Shown here one piece after another: positions 1 to 15,069 of a stretch of DNA of 64,000 bases. The notes under the pieces are model-generated. The model was not told the DNA's origin and ran no database searches. It saw only the letters and a list, made by a program, of their open reading frames with translations. Each line of letters starts with the position of its first letter. The stretch's first letter is position 1. Source of the stretch: an uncultured Acidobacteriota bacterium (GTDB taxonomy: Bacteria; Acidobacteriota; Vicinamibacteria; Fen-336); contig OY970399.1 in assembly GCA_963720545.1 (NCBI GenBank), positions 1,440,001 through 1,504,000 on the forward strand. Reading direction: 5' to 3'. Position numbers and translations under genes: made by a program.

Positions 1-231
1 AAGGCGCTGGTCGAGCGCGAGGGGCTGGTGCAGATCAGCGACGTGGCGGCGGTGCAGGAAGCGGTCGACGCGGTCATCGCAGGGAACCCGGACGCCGTGA
101 ACACCTACCGCAAGGGCAAGACCGGCAGCCTCGGCTTCCTCGTGGGCGCCGTCATGAAGCGGACCGCCGGCAAGGCCAACCCGCAGCTCGTGAACACCTT
201 ATTGAAGAGGGCTCTTGACAGCGCCGGCTGA
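1..231 (+). CDS. gatB: Asp/Glu-tRNA amidotransferase subunit B, C-terminal part (truncated by window edge)
   Basis: Open frame from base 1; GLVQISD...YRKGK...GFLVGAVMK...GKANP is the GatB/YqeY C-terminal signature. Confidence 0.93.
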   Translation, partial: KALVEREGLVQISDVAAVQEAVDAVIAGNPDAVNTYRKGKTGSLGFLVGAVMKRTAGKANPQLVNTLLKRALDSAG

Positions 232-348
232 CCGGCCAAAGGTAAAAGAGCGTGAAGCACCGCCGGGAGGCCCCCACGGAACAGCCGCGGCTCGTATCAT
301 CCCCGGCGAATACTCACTCAGGCACGCACCTCTAAAAGGAAATATCCA

Positions 349-927
349 ATGAACGTTCGCATGGCATTCGTAGTGGGCGCACTGGCCCTGGCCGTTCCCG
401 CAGTTGCGCAAGACGCCGCCCCGCGCGAGACCGTCAGCGCGGTGGTCGGCGGCAAGAAGGTCGCCGTCGAGTATGGCCGTCCCTCGCTGAAGGGCCGGGA
501 TCTCGGCGCGATGCTGAAGCAGCTCCCCGCCGACAAGGTGTGGCGCGCCGGCAGCGAGCAGGTCACCACGCTCACGACCGAAGGCGCTGTGATGGTCGGC
601 GGCAAGAAGCTGCCCGCCGGCAAGTACAGCGTCTACGTGGTGGTGGCCGACGACGGCACGCGCTCGCTGCTGCTCAACAGCGACGGCGGCATGCCGCTCG
701 GCGAGCTTTGGGCCGAAGCGCCGGCCGCGCTCAAGACGGCGCCGTGGCCGCAGATGGGCCCGAAGGGCTACGCCAACGTCGCCGACAAGGAAGTCGCCCG
801 CGTGAAGATGGCGAAGGCCGAACTCGCGACCCCCACCGACATGTTCACCATCAAGATGACCGACAAGGCCCTGACGATGGCGTGGGGCAACGAGAGCTGG
901 TCCACGACGCTGGCGCCCGCCTCCTAG
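349..927 (+). CDS. DUF2911 family secreted protein
   Basis: Signal peptide; VEYGRPSLKGR, VWRAG and LPAGKYS motifs; AAAGGA SD upstream. Confidence 0.85.
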   Translation: MNVRMAFVVGALALAVPAVAQDAAPRETVSAVVGGKKVAVEYGRPSLKGRDLGAMLKQLPADKVWRAGSEQVTTLTTEGAVMVGGKKLPAGKYSVYVVVADDGTRSLLLNSDGGMPLGELWAEAPAALKTAPWPQMGPKGYANVADKEVARVKMAKAELATPTDMFTIKMTDKALTMAWGNESWSTTLAPAS

Positions 928-952
928 GCCGAAGCACCGCCACGGCCGCATC

Positions 953-992
953 GCGGCCCGCCTCTCGCAAAGGGGCGGGCCGTTTTCCTTTT
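953..992 (+). terminator. Intrinsic terminator
   Basis: CGGCCCGCCTCT-CGCAA-AGGGGCGGGCCG hairpin followed by TTTTCCTTTT. Confidence 0.85.
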
Positions 993-998
993 CGGGCG

Positions 999-2561
999 CT
1001 AGAGGACGAGCTGCTCGCGGTGTTCGCCGAACACGCCGCGCAACACCGCGGCCAGTTCGCCGACCGTCGCCCAGGCGAGCACCGCGTCGACCAGCAGCGG
1101 CATCAGGTTGGCGCTGCCGCGCGCGGCGCCTGCGACCGCCGCAAGCGCTGCGTCGCACTTCGCCTGGTCGCGGCGCGCTCGCAGGGCGCGCACCCGGTCA
1201 ACCTGTGCCTTCTCAACCGCCGGGTCGATCCGCAGCAGCTCCATCGTCGCGGCTTCGTCGGCGGCGGCGAAGCGGTTGACGCCGACGATTACGCGTTCGC
1301 CCTGTTCCACGGCCTGCTGGTGCGCGTACGCCGATTCCTGGATGGCGCGCTGCACGTCGCCGCGCTCGATCGCTGCCAGCGCGCCGCCGCGGGCCTCGAT
1401 GCGCTCGAGCAGCTCGCGAGCCGCGGCCTCGAGCGCCGAGGTCTCCGCCTCCACCGCCCAGGAGCCGCCCAGCGGATCGACGGTCTCGATCACTCCCGAC
1501 TCGAAGGCGATGACCTGCTGCGTGCGCAGCGCGAGGCGCGCCGACTCCGCGGTGGGCAGCGCGAGCGCTTCGTCCTTGCCGTTCGTGTGCAGGCTCTGGC
1601 AGCCGCCGAGCACCGCCGCCAGCGCCTGCAGCGTGACGCGCACGACGTTGTTGTCGGGCTGCTGCGCGGTGAGCGTGACGCCGCCCGTCTGCACGTGGAA
1701 GCGCAGGTGCTGCGCCTTGGGGTTCAGGACGCCGAGCCGTTCCCTGACGAGGTGTGCCCACAGGCGCCGCGCGGCGCGGAACTTGGCCACTTCCTCGATG
1801 AAGTCGGAGTGGCAGGCGAAGAAGAACGACAGGCGTTCGCAGATGCGGCCGGGATCGAGGCCGCGGGCCGCCGCCGCACGCACGTACTCGAGCGCATTGG
1901 CAAGCGTGAATGCGATCTCCTGCGCCGCCGTCGCACCGGCTTCGCGGATGTGGTAGCCGGAGACCGAGAGCGTGTTCCAGCGCGGCACGCGCGCGTCGCA
2001 ATAGCCGATGAGGTCGCTCACCAGGCGCAGCGACGGCTGCGGCGGGTAGATGTAGGTGCCGCGCGCCGCGTACTCCTTGAGGATGTCGTTCTGCACGGTG
2101 CCGGAAAGGGACGCCTCCGCGACGCCGCGGCGGCGCGCCACCGCGATGTAGAGGGCCAGCAGCACCGCAGCGGTGGCGTTGATCGTCATCGATGTGGACA
2201 CCGTCTCGAGCGGGATCGAGTCGAGCAGCGTCTCCATGTCCTCGAGGCTCGCGATCGAGACGCCGACCCGGCCGACTTCGCCCGCAGCGTGCGGGTCGTC
2301 GGGGTCGTAGCCGATCTGGGTCGGCAGGTCGAAGGCGACCGAGAGGCCCGTGGTGCCGTGGGCGAGCAGGTAGCGATAGCGCTCGTTCGACTCCTGCGCG
2401 GTGCCGAAGCCCGCGTACTGGCGCATCGTCCACAGCCGCTCGCGGTAGCCGCCCTGGTGCAACCCGCGCGTGAACGGAAACGACCCGGGCTCGCCGACCT
2501 CTTCCGGCGCCGGGGCGTCGCCCGCGCGATAAACCGCCTTGCGAGTCGGTCCCGACGGCAT
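999..2561 (-). CDS. Methylmalonyl-CoA mutase, substrate-binding (large) subunit lacking the B12-binding domain
   Basis: [42 protein letters not shown] and SLHTN motifs. Confidence 0.92.
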   Translation of the reverse strand: MPSGPTRKAVYRAGDAPAPEEVGEPGSFPFTRGLHQGGYRERLWTMRQYAGFGTAQESNERYRYLLAHGTTGLSVAFDLPTQIGYDPDDPHAAGEVGRVGVSIASLEDMETLLDSIPLETVSTSMTINATAAVLLALYIAVARRRGVAEASLSGTVQNDILKEYAARGTYIYPPQPSLRLVSDLIGYCDARVPRWNTLSVSGYHIREAGATAAQEIAFTLANALEYVRAAAARGLDPGRICERLSFFFACHSDFIEEVAKFRAARRLWAHLVRERLGVLNPKAQHLRFHVQTGGVTLTAQQPDNNVVRVTLQALAAVLGGCQSLHTNGKDEALALPTAESARLALRTQQVIAFESGVIETVDPLGGSWAVEAETSALEAAARELLERIEARGGALAAIERGDVQRAIQESAYAHQQAVEQGERVIVGVNRFAAADEAATMELLRIDPAVEKAQVDRVRALRARRDQAKCDAALAAVAGAARGSANLMPLLVDAVLAWATVGELAAVLRGVFGEHREQLVL

Positions 2562-2595
2562 CCGGGCAACTTAGCACGGCTACAATCGGCCCACC

Positions 2596-4800
2596 TTGTC
2601 CCGAGCGGTGCGCACCAACCTGGTGGCCCTCGCGTTTGCGCTGAGCGGCGCCGCGGCGCTCGTCTACCAGGTGGTGTGGCAGCGGATCCTCGCGCTCGCG
2701 ACCGGCGTCGGCATCGTTTCGGTCACCGTCATCACCGCGGCCTTCATGATGGGACTCGGCATCGGCAACCACTGGGGCGGGCGGCTCAGCGAACGGCTCG
2801 GGCCGTCGCGCTCGCTGCGCGCGTTCGCGGTGCTCGAACTTCTGATCGGCGGGTTCGGCGTAGCGAGCGTGGCGCTCTACTACGACTTGCTGTACCGAAA
2901 CGCCACCAGCCTTTACGCGAGCGACGCGCTCGGACTGTCGCTGCACTTCATCGCGCTGCTGCCGCCCACGGTGCTCATGGGCATGTCGCTGCCGCTGCTC
3001 GTCTGCGGCACCGCGCTGCCGCTCGCGCGCGGCGACCGCACCGTCGACTTGCTGTACGCGCTCAACACACTGGGCGCCGCGGCCGGCGCGCTCGCCACAC
3101 CGGCGCTGATCCTGCGCCACACCGGGCTGCGCGGTGCCGTGTTCGTGGCCGCCGCCGCCAATGCCGCCGCGGCGCTCGGCGCGCTCGGCGCCGGGGAACG
3201 CCTCGCTCGCGGCAACGAACGCGCGCCGTCGGCGCCCGCCGGCTACCCGCGGCGCGAGTGGCTGCTTTTCTACGCGTTCGGCGGCTTCGTCTCGCTCGGG
3301 CTCGAGCTCGTGTGGTTCCGCCTCACCGACATCGGCGTGAAGGCGACCGCGATGACCTTCGGCGCGGTGTTGTGCGTCTATCTCGCCGGCCTCGGCGCCG
3401 GCGGGCTGATCGGCCGCAACCTCGCGGTGGTGGCGCGCCGGCCGCTGCGCACGTTCTTCCTCGCGCAGGCGGCGATCGGCCTGTGCGCCGCGCTGCCGGT
3501 CATCGCCATCCCGCACGTGCGCCAGAGCTGGCCGGTCGTCGGCTGGTTCGTGCACTACTGGGGGCAGCGCTTCCACCTGCTGCGCGAAGGGCCGTGGGAC
3601 ACGGCCGGCTTCCTGCGCCTCTACGCGCTGTGGCCGGCTCTGCTGTTCCTCTTACCGACGCTGCTCATGGGCATCGCCTTCTGCGCGCTGCAGAAGGCGG
3701 TGGCGAACGAAGGCGGCACCAGCGGGTTGCGCGTCGGCGCGCTGCAGGCCGCGAACATCGTCGGCTGCGTCGCCGGCAGCCTGTGCGTCGGCCTGTTCCT
3801 CATGGAGCGCTTCGGCACCACCGGCACGCTGCGCTTCCTCGCCGGCTGCTCGGCGGTATTCGCACTGGCCGGCGCGCGCCGCGACAGCCGCAAGGTGTTC
3901 GTGCCGATGCTCGCGGCCCTGGCCCTCGCCTGCATTGCCGTGCCCTCGCAGGAGGGCTTGTGGCGTGCGCTGCAGGCGCGCGAACGCGAGCGCTTCATGG
4001 TGGAAGAGGACCGCACCGGCGTGATCGCGCTCTCGTACGAGCCGCAGCACGAGTGGTACATGTGGATCAACGGACAGAGCCTGAGCTGGCTGCCGTTCGG
4101 CGGCATCCACACGATGCTGGGCGCGGTGCCGACGCTCATCCACCGCTCACCACACAGCATTGCCGTGGTCGGCCTCGGCTCGGGCAACACCGCGTGGGCG
4201 GCCGCGTGCCGCAAGGAGGTGGAGCACGTCACGGTGTTCGAGATCATGCGGCCGCAGGGCGACTTGCTGCACCGGCTCGCAAACGAAACGCGCCACGGCC
4301 GTCCCCCGCACCTGGCGCCGTTCCTCGCCGACCGGCGCATCGAGACGCGCTGGCAGGATGGCCGCCACGCACTCACCCACGACGCGACCAGCTACGACAT
4401 CATCGAAGCCGACGCGCTGCTGCCGGAAACGGCCGGCAGCGGCAGCCTCTATTCCGTCGAGTTCTTCCGCCTCACGGCGCGTCGGCTCAACCCCGGCGGC
4501 CTGATGTGCACCTGGGCGCCGACGCCGCACGTCGCGGCGGCCTTCCATCGCGCCTTCCCGTACGTGGTCGAGTTCGGCGGCGAGGTGCTCGTGGGATCGC
4601 TGCAGCCGATCGTCCTCGAGCCGGCGGCGTGGCTCGCCCGGGGACGCTCGCCGGAGGTGGGCGACTACCTCGGCCAGCGCAACACCGGTATCGCGGTGGC
4701 CGCCCTGGCCTCGGCCCGCTTCCCGCCCTTGCCGCCGCGCGGATTGGTACCCGACTCGGATCTCGTGCTGTGGGACGAGTTTGCGCGGCGCGACCCGTGA
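2596..4800 (+). CDS. Multi-TM membrane protein fused to a spermidine-synthase-like SAM-dependent domain
   Basis: SGAAALVYQVVW, LMG-x-SLP and LYALNTLGA repeated TM motifs; C-terminal VVGLGSG, DGR and YDII motifs. Confidence 0.85.
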   Translation: MSRAVRTNLVALAFALSGAAALVYQVVWQRILALATGVGIVSVTVITAAFMMGLGIGNHWGGRLSERLGPSRSLRAFAVLELLIGGFGVASVALYYDLLYRNATSLYASDALGLSLHFIALLPPTVLMGMSLPLLVCGTALPLARGDRTVDLLYALNTLGAAAGALATPALILRHTGLRGAVFVAAAANAAAALGALGAGERLARGNERAPSAPAGYPRREWLLFYAFGGFVSLGLELVWFRLTDIGVKATAMTFGAVLCVYLAGLGAGGLIGRNLAVVARRPLRTFFLAQAAIGLCAALPVIAIPHVRQSWPVVGWFVHYWGQRFHLLREGPWDTAGFLRLYALWPALLFLLPTLLMGIAFCALQKAVANEGGTSGLRVGALQAANIVGCVAGSLCVGLFLMERFGTTGTLRFLAGCSAVFALAGARRDSRKVFVPMLAALALACIAVPSQEGLWRALQARERERFMVEEDRTGVIALSYEPQHEWYMWINGQSLSWLPFGGIHTMLGAVPTLIHRSPHSIAVVGLGSGNTAWAAACRKEVEHVTVFEIMRPQGDLLHRLANETRHGRPPHLAPFLADRRIETRWQDGRHALTHDATSYDIIEADALLPETAGSGSLYSVEFFRLTARRLNPGGLMCTWAPTPHVAAAFHRAFPYVVEFGGEVLVGSLQPIVLEPAAWLARGRSPEVGDYLGQRNTGIAVAALASARFPPLPPRGLVPDSDLVLWDEFARRDP

Positions 4801-4827
4801 TGCGCATTGCGTTGTCGCCGGCGACAC

Positions 4828-4857
4828 TTGACAGTAGAAAGGCACCGTCCCGATAAT
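4828..4857 (+). promoter_or_regulatory. Sigma-70-type promoter
   Basis: TTGACA-N18-GATAAT upstream of the 4883 ORF. Confidence 0.6.
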
Positions 4858-4882
4858 CATCCTGCAAGGCGAACGGCTAACA

Positions 4883-5206
4883 ATGGCACCCGCGGAGAAA
4901 ACCGACGCCGTCAGCGTAGAAGACGTCAAGCGCATGGTCCAGGACATGGGCACGACGATCCGCCGAACCTTGTCCGAGTCGCCGCAGATCACGCACTGCC
5001 TCAATCGCGTGCGCGCCGAGGGCTACGAAGTCTCCCTGGTGCTCGAAGCCACCATCGGCTTCAGCCGCAGCGGCAGCCGCGAGACCACCGAGGTCTCGAC
5101 CTTCGACTTCCAGATCGAGAAGGCCGAGCAGCCGTCGGTGAAGATGACGCCGCTCGACAAGAAGTTCCTGCGCTCGCTCAAGATCACCGTCAGCGACGAA
5201 GACTAG
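4883..5206 (+). CDS. Hypothetical protein (107 aa)
   Basis: Own promoter, GC3-biased codons, fills the gap; no family recognised. Confidence 0.8.
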   Translation: MAPAEKTDAVSVEDVKRMVQDMGTTIRRTLSESPQITHCLNRVRAEGYEVSLVLEATIGFSRSGSRETTEVSTFDFQIEKAEQPSVKMTPLDKKFLRSLKITVSDED

Positions 5207-7766
<2,560 letters not shown>

Positions 7767-7813
7767 GCTGCTTCCTCCCCGAAGGACATCGGGGAGGTTA
7801 GCACGCGGAGTCA

Positions 7814-7842
7814 TTGACACTCCATGGGGGTGCTGGTACGTT
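7814..7842 (+). promoter_or_regulatory. Sigma-70-type promoter, probably producing leaderless mRNA
   Basis: TTGACA-N17-TACGTT, 5 nt before GTG 7848. Confidence 0.65.
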
Positions 7843-7847
7843 GAGCC

Positions 7848-9560
7848 GTGGCGAACCCACATTTGCACGTGCCGGTGCGGGCCGCGGCGCTAGTTCTGGG
7901 CGCTGCGCTGCTGGCTGCCGCTCCGGTCGCGGTCGCGGCCGAAGCAGCATCGGTCGGCGCCGAAGGCGGCGGACGGCTTCTCGGCTACGTTCAGGACAGC
8001 CGCGGCGTGCCGGTCGCCGGCGCGCTCATTTCGGTGTTCGGCAAGGGCCTGCGCGGCGGCATCGTCACCTACTCCGACAAGTCGGGCCGCGTGGTCGTGC
8101 CGAGCGTGCCGGCCGGCGCCTACACGCTGCGCGCTCTGGTCGGCATTCCCGGCGCCGGCGCCATGCAGAAGGTCACGGTGCTGCCGAACCAGGATTCGGT
8201 GTTCGCGCTCAGCCTGCAGGCGGCGCTTGCCGATCCGGACGCGAAGGTCGAGGACGAAACCGCGAACGTCGCGCCGCGGCGGCTGCGCTGGCTGGTGCGC
8301 CACAAGGACCGCTCGATCCTGGAATCGGAAGACGAGGCGGAGATACCCGAGGCGCAGGACCTCGACCGCGTGCGCGCCGCGAGCGGCGGCCTGCTCAGCC
8401 AGGCGCTGCCGTGGCTGCCCGAGATGCAGGGCTCGGTGGAATGGGCCACTCCGGTGATCGTCGGCTCCGAGACGACGCCTGCCGATTCGCTCGCCACCAA
8501 CCTCGGTTCGGTCAAGCTGCGCGGCAAGATCGGCGACGACGCCGAGTGGAGCCTCGGCGGCTTGCTTGCCGAGAGCGACAGCGCTTCGTGGCGCATGGCA
8601 GCCGAGTTCGTGGTGGCCCCGGCGGAAGGGCACCATCTCGAGGCGGGCGCCGGCTACGGCGACAACCTGCTGCGGCGCACGCTCACCGGCGGCACCAAGG
8701 ACAACGGTTCCACCGGCGCCGCGTTCATCACCGATCGCTACGAAGCCGGGCCGCTCGAAGTGAACGTCGGCGCGCGCTACCGCTACATCTCGTTCCTGGT
8801 GGACGGCAATCACCTGAGCCCGCAGGCGAGCATCACCGCGAAGGCGGGCGCCAACACCCGGTTCCGTGCCTCGTACGCGAGCCAGGCGGTGACGCCCGGC
8901 GGCGACTTGCTGGCGCTCTCGACGCTGCGCGTCGCCCCGGTCGCAACCGAGGTGGACGTCGATCCGTCGCTGCGCGCCGAACGCGTCGGCCACGTCGAAC
9001 TGGCCGGCATCCGCACCTTCGGGCCGGTGGAGCTCACCGGATTCGTGTTCACCGAACGCGTCTACGATCCGCTCCTCAATCGCTACGAAGGCGGCCGCCG
9101 CCCGGTGCTGCGCGTGACGAACGGCATCGACGCCGACACCCGCGGCGGCGGGTTCACGCTCGGGCGCAAGTTCGGCAGTGTCGCCGATGCCTCGGTCACC
9201 TACACCGTCGGCCAGCAGAACGGCTACTGGGTCGGTGCCGGCGGCGGCTCACGCTTCAACGACCTGGTCGCGCGCGTCGAGACCGTCATCGACGCAACCG
9301 ACACGCGCCTCAGCGGCATGTACCGCGTCAACCGCCTCGGCCGTCCCGGCGATCCGCTGGGTGCTTCGGTCGCCACTCGCTTCGACGTGCAGCTGAGCCA
9401 GGGACTGCCGTTCCTCGGCAGCCTGACCCGCGCCGACTGGGACCTCCTGATCGCCTATCGCAACCTCCTCTACGAGGCTGCGGAGGGCGGGTTCCTCGAC
9501 GAGGTCGTCATCCGCAACCCTCCCCGCCAGGTGGTTGGAGGCGTCTCGGTCCGTTTCTGA
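7848..9560 (+). CDS. Outer-membrane beta-barrel protein (TonB-dependent-receptor-like) with N-terminal carboxypeptidase-regulatory-like domain
   Basis: Signal peptide, GYVQDSRGVPVAGA...PAGAYTL beta-sandwich, amphipathic strands, terminal ...VSVRF. Confidence 0.75.
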   Translation: MANPHLHVPVRAAALVLGAALLAAAPVAVAAEAASVGAEGGGRLLGYVQDSRGVPVAGALISVFGKGLRGGIVTYSDKSGRVVVPSVPAGAYTLRALVGIPGAGAMQKVTVLPNQDSVFALSLQAALADPDAKVEDETANVAPRRLRWLVRHKDRSILESEDEAEIPEAQDLDRVRAASGGLLSQALPWLPEMQGSVEWATPVIVGSETTPADSLATNLGSVKLRGKIGDDAEWSLGGLLAESDSASWRMAAEFVVAPAEGHHLEAGAGYGDNLLRRTLTGGTKDNGSTGAAFITDRYEAGPLEVNVGARYRYISFLVDGNHLSPQASITAKAGANTRFRASYASQAVTPGGDLLALSTLRVAPVATEVDVDPSLRAERVGHVELAGIRTFGPVELTGFVFTERVYDPLLNRYEGGRRPVLRVTNGIDADTRGGGFTLGRKFGSVADASVTYTVGQQNGYWVGAGGGSRFNDLVARVETVIDATDTRLSGMYRVNRLGRPGDPLGASVATRFDVQLSQGLPFLGSLTRADWDLLIAYRNLLYEAAEGGFLDEVVIRNPPRQVVGGVSVRF

Positions 9561-9680
9561 CGCAATCCAATGTCACTGCCGGATCCAAGCGGCCGGATCG
9601 TTGATGCGTCCGGCCGGATTCGAGACTGCTGTGGCAGGCCTCAAGCTCAGCATTTTGAACGTTTTGGATGCTGTTCGGCT

Positions 9681-9696
9681 GGGCATACGGATTGCA
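9681..9696 (+). promoter_or_regulatory. Candidate sigma-54 (-24/-12) promoter
   Basis: GGGCATACGGATTGCA: GG-N10-GC spacing with TTGCA. Confidence 0.5.
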
Positions 9697-9718
9697 CCTT
9701 CCCGAGCCTGGTGCGTAG

Positions 9719-12534
9719 ATGAGGGCGCTCAACCTTAAGACGGCCGCGGTGCTCTCGATGGCCGCCCTGCTCACCGCGCTCGGCTCCTACAACGCTTACC
9801 TCAAGGCCAGCTGGAACCCCTCGGACGATGGGGTCCTGTGGATCTCCTCGCCGGTTGGTGTCATGGCCGACCGCATCGATCCCGAAGGGCCGGCGGCAAC
9901 CGCTGGCGTGCAGCAGGGCGATGTGCTGCTCGCGATGAACGGCGACGAGCCGGAGTCCGCGCGTCAGGTGCGCGCTTCGGTCGCGGCGCGGCCGGTGGGC
10001 GCGCCGGCGAGCTACAAACTGTTCCGCGCCGGCCGCGAACAGCTCGTCGAGCTGCAGGTTGAGACGGTGCCGAAAGGCAACACCACGCTCTTCTACGCGC
10101 TGTCGCTGCTCGGCTTCTTCAGCCTGCTGGTCGGCACGGTCGTCATGTGGCGGCGGCCGTGGGACCGCATCACCGCGCACTTCTACGCCATCTGCCTGCT
10201 GTTCTTCGCGATGTACTCGCTGTCCTTCGCCGGCCAGCTGTCGCTCGTCGACTGGTCCTTCTACTGGATCGATCGCGGCGCCGTCTTGTTCCTGCCGGCG
10301 GCGTTCCTGCACTTCTGCCTGGTGTTTCCCGAACGCCGCCTCGGCAAGGGGCCGTGGCCGCTCGCCGCCATCTATGCGCCGGCCTGCCTCGGGCTCCTGG
10401 CGTCGGCCGGCAACATCCTGCTGCTGGCGCGGCGCGCCGACCTCGATTCGCTGTGGCTGACGCAGACGCTCCTCGACCGGCTGCTGCCGATGTACTTCGG
10501 CGTGTGCTTCGCGGCCTCGTTCGTGGTGCTGCGCCGCGCCTACCGCAGCACCCGCAGCGTCGTCGCCCGCCGCCAGATGAAGTGGCTCGTGTGGGGCACC
10601 GGCGCCGGCGTGGTGCCGTTCCTCAGCCTCTACGCCATTCCATTCGCGGTCGGCCGTCATCCGGTGGGCGGCTTCGAGCTCCTGGCCTATCTCGGCATGG
10701 CCGTGATCCCGTTGTCGCTCGCCTACGCGGTGGTCAAACACCGGCTGATGGACGTGGACCTGATCTTCCGCCGCACGCTGGTGTTCACGCTCGCCACGGT
10801 CGCGATCGCCGCGATCAGCCTGGTGGCGAACGGCGCCGTCGAGTTCTTCATCCACGGCGACGAGCCGCACGCCTTCGTCATCGCGCTGCTCTGCACCATC
10901 GTCGTGCTGCTGCTGTTCGCGCCCGTGAAGGGCCGCATCCAGGAAGCGATCGACCGGCTGTTCCTGCGCGAGCGCTACAAGTCGCGCAAGGCGCTCTTGC
11001 GCCTGTCGCGCCAGCTCAATGCCGAGCTCGACCTGGTGCGCACCGCGGAGCGGCTGCTCGAGGGCATCACCGCGGCTCTCGGGGTGCGCGCCGGCGCCGT
11101 GTTCCTCGCCGAAGCCGATGGCTCGCACGCGCTCCTGCGCTCGGTCGGCGTGCCGGCCGAAGCGCCCGCCATGCGCATCGCGGCCGGCAATCCGCTGCTG
11201 CACAAGCTGCGCGCCGGGCGGCCGACCGCGGCGGTGACGGCGCGCGGCCCGTTCCCCGAAGCCGACAGCTTCGGCCTGGTGCACTACTTTCCGTGCATCG
11301 TCAACGACGAGCTCATCGGCGTGCTGGGCGTGGGGCTGAAGGAAGGCCTCGAGCCGCTCGACAGCGAGGAGCTCGACGTGCTGCAGGCGCTCGCCAGCCA
11401 GGCCGCCACCGCGTTCATGAACGGCCGCCTCTACCGCACCCTGCGCCACAAGGCCGAGGAGCTGCAGCGGCTCACCGAATACAACCAGAACGTGCTCGAG
11501 AGCATGGACGCCGGCATCGTGGTGCTCGACCTCGAGGGCCGCGTGGCGCGCTGGAACCGAGCGATGGAAAACCTCTCGGGCCGCCGCCGCGAGGCGGCCG
11601 CGGGCAAGCTGCTCTCCGAGGTGCTGCCGGGCGGCTTCGCCGATGCGCTCGCGGGCAGCCTCGACGGTTCGCCGAACGAGGACATCTCGCACATCTACAA
11701 GCTGCACCTGCCGACGGAAAACGGCCGCAGCTCGATGGTGAACGTCAGCGTCGCGCCCTTCCAGTGGGGCTCGGGCGAGCGCCTCGGCCACGTGCTGATC
11801 CTCGAGGACATCACCGCGCGCGTGCGCCTCGAGGAGCAGCTGCAGCACTCCGAGAAGATGGCGTCCATCGGCCTGCTGGCCGCCGGCGTCGCCCACGAGG
11901 TCAACACACCGCTCGCCGGCATCTCGTCCTACACGCAGCTGCTGCGCGCCGAGTTCGCCGCGGAAGACCCGAAGTCGCCGCTGCTCGAGAAGATCGAGAA
12001 GCAGACCTTCCGCGCCGCCAAGATCATCAACAACCTGCTCAACTTCTCGCGCGCCGGGAGCGCCGACCTCGGGCCGATCGACGTCAACCGCGTGCTCGGC
12101 GACGTGCTGAGCCTGGTCGAGCACCAGCTCGACGCGGCGCACATCAAGGTGCGCCGCGAACTGCACGCCGAGCTGCCGCCGGTGCGCGGCAACGAGAACA
12201 AGATCCAGCAGGTGTTCTTCAACCTGGTGCTGAACGCGCGCGACGCCATGCCGCGCGGCGGCTGGCTCACGGTCAAGACCGACGCCGACCAGGACGGGGT
12301 CACCATCGAGGTGGCCGACACCGGCCACGGCATCAGCAAGGAAGACGTGAAGCGCATCTACGACCCGTTCTTCACCACCAAGGGCATCGGCCGCGGCACC
12401 GGCCTCGGCCTGTCGGTGACCTACGGCATCCTGCAGGAGCACGGCGGCGCCATCTTCGTCGACAGCGCGCCCGGCAAGGGCACCACCTTCACTGTCACCC
12501 TGCCCGCGGAGCGTGCGGCCTCCGCCGCGCGGCG

Positions 12535-12538
<4 letters not shown>
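9719..12538 (+). CDS. Membrane sensor histidine kinase (PDZ, multi-TM, GAF, PAS, HisKA, HATPase)
   Basis: PDZ GPAATAGVQQGDVLLAMNG; H-box AHEVNTPL; NLVLNARDAM, DTGHG, PFFTTK and GTGLGL. Confidence 0.93.
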
Positions 12539-13995
<1,457 letters not shown>

Positions 13996-14010
13996 CCTTT
14001 TCCGGACCAC

Positions 14011-15069
14011 ATGTCCTTCCAGGGTTCCCTCGCAGAACTGCATCTGCCCGACATCCTGCAGCTGATGGCGGCGTCGGGAAAGACCGGCGCCTTCCATCTC
14101 GAGCGCGACGGCGCCGACGGCCTCGTCTACCTGCGGGACGGCAAGATCGTGCACGCCCTGCTCGGGGAAGAGCAGGGCGAGGAGGCGATCTACACGCTCG
14201 CCACCTGGGGCAAGGGCAGCTTCCGTTTCGAGGCCGGGGAAACGAGCCCCGCCGAGACCATCGCGCGCAGCAACACCAGCCTGCTGATGGAGGCGGCGCG
14301 CCGCCTCGACGAGTGGCGGGTGCTGCAGCGCAAGATCCCGTCGGTGGACCTGGTCCCCGAATTCGTGGTGCAGCAGCACAAGGAAGGGCAGATCAACCTC
14401 AACACCAGCGAATGGCTGCTGCTCTCCAAGATCGACGGCGTGCGCAGCATCAAGGGCATTGCGCAGGAGGCCGGCATCTCGGTGTTCGACGCCGCCAAGG
14501 TGCTCTACGGGCTCGTCGCCTCGTCGCTCCTGAAGCTCAACGAGCCGGCGCCGCAGCCGGTCGTTCCCGGCGCGCCGCCGGTGTCGCGCTCGCCGCTCTC
14601 GGGCCCGGTGCCCGTCTCCCAGCCGCCGCTCTCGGGATCGGTGGCGTTGTCCCAGACCCAGGCGCCGCTGACCGCTGCCTCGCCGGTCTTCGGCACGCCC
14701 ACCCGGGTGGGTGCCGCCTCATCCTCGCTGCCGACGCCGCAGGCGCCCGTGCGGGTGCGCGCGGCGGCGCCGCCGGACGCAGCCGCGGCCAGCGCGCCAA
14801 CCCAGACCTTGCCGTCGGTGTTGACACCCATGCAGGCCGAGCTGGCGCGGCTCGCCCGCGTCAAGGAAATCTGCAACACCGCGCTCGGCGCCGTCGGCGG
14901 CGACATCATCGAGAAGCACTACCAGAAGGCGCGGCTCGACATCGAGGCCGGCAATCCGGGCCCGGAAGCGATCGCGGAAGCCGTGCACCAGATCGGCCGC
15001 GCCGCGGCCATCCTCAAGGGCCCCTCGGTCACCGAGGCGCTCCTCGCCCAGATCAAATTGCTGCGATGA
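14011..15069 (+). CDS. DUF4388 domain protein with Pro-rich linker
   Basis: MSFQGSLAELHLPDILQL...KTG...GKIVHA...W..GSFRF...LLMEAARRLDEW. Confidence 0.85.
   Translation: MSFQGSLAELHLPDILQLMAASGKTGAFHLERDGADGLVYLRDGKIVHALLGEEQGEEAIYTLATWGKGSFRFEAGETSPAETIARSNTSLLMEAARRLDEWRVLQRKIPSVDLVPEFVVQQHKEGQINLNTSEWLLLSKIDGVRSIKGIAQEAGISVFDAAKVLYGLVASSLLKLNEPAPQPVVPGAPPVSRSPLSGPVPVSQPPLSGSVALSQTQAPLTAASPVFGTPTRVGAASSSLPTPQAPVRVRAAAPPDAAAASAPTQTLPSVLTPMQAELARLARVKEICNTALGAVGGDIIEKHYQKARLDIEAGNPGPEAIAEAVHQIGRAAAILKGPSVTEALLAQIKLLR

Noticed and set aside
215..248. Promoter from TTGACA at the end of gatB
   Set aside because: No -10 element at 16-18 nt spacing.
999..2561. Isobutyryl-CoA mutase or a truncated mutase pseudogene
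   Set aside because: RQYAGF (Tyr) and ARGTY (Arg) fit methylmalonyl-CoA specificity, and split large/small subunit mutases are common.
540..4856. Very long alternative-frame ORFs (e.g. 540..4856, 9647..12442, 12513..15080, 29405..31561, 61805..63985)
   Set aside because: Arg/Ala/Gly-rich shadow frames typical of high-GC DNA, overlapping well-supported genes.
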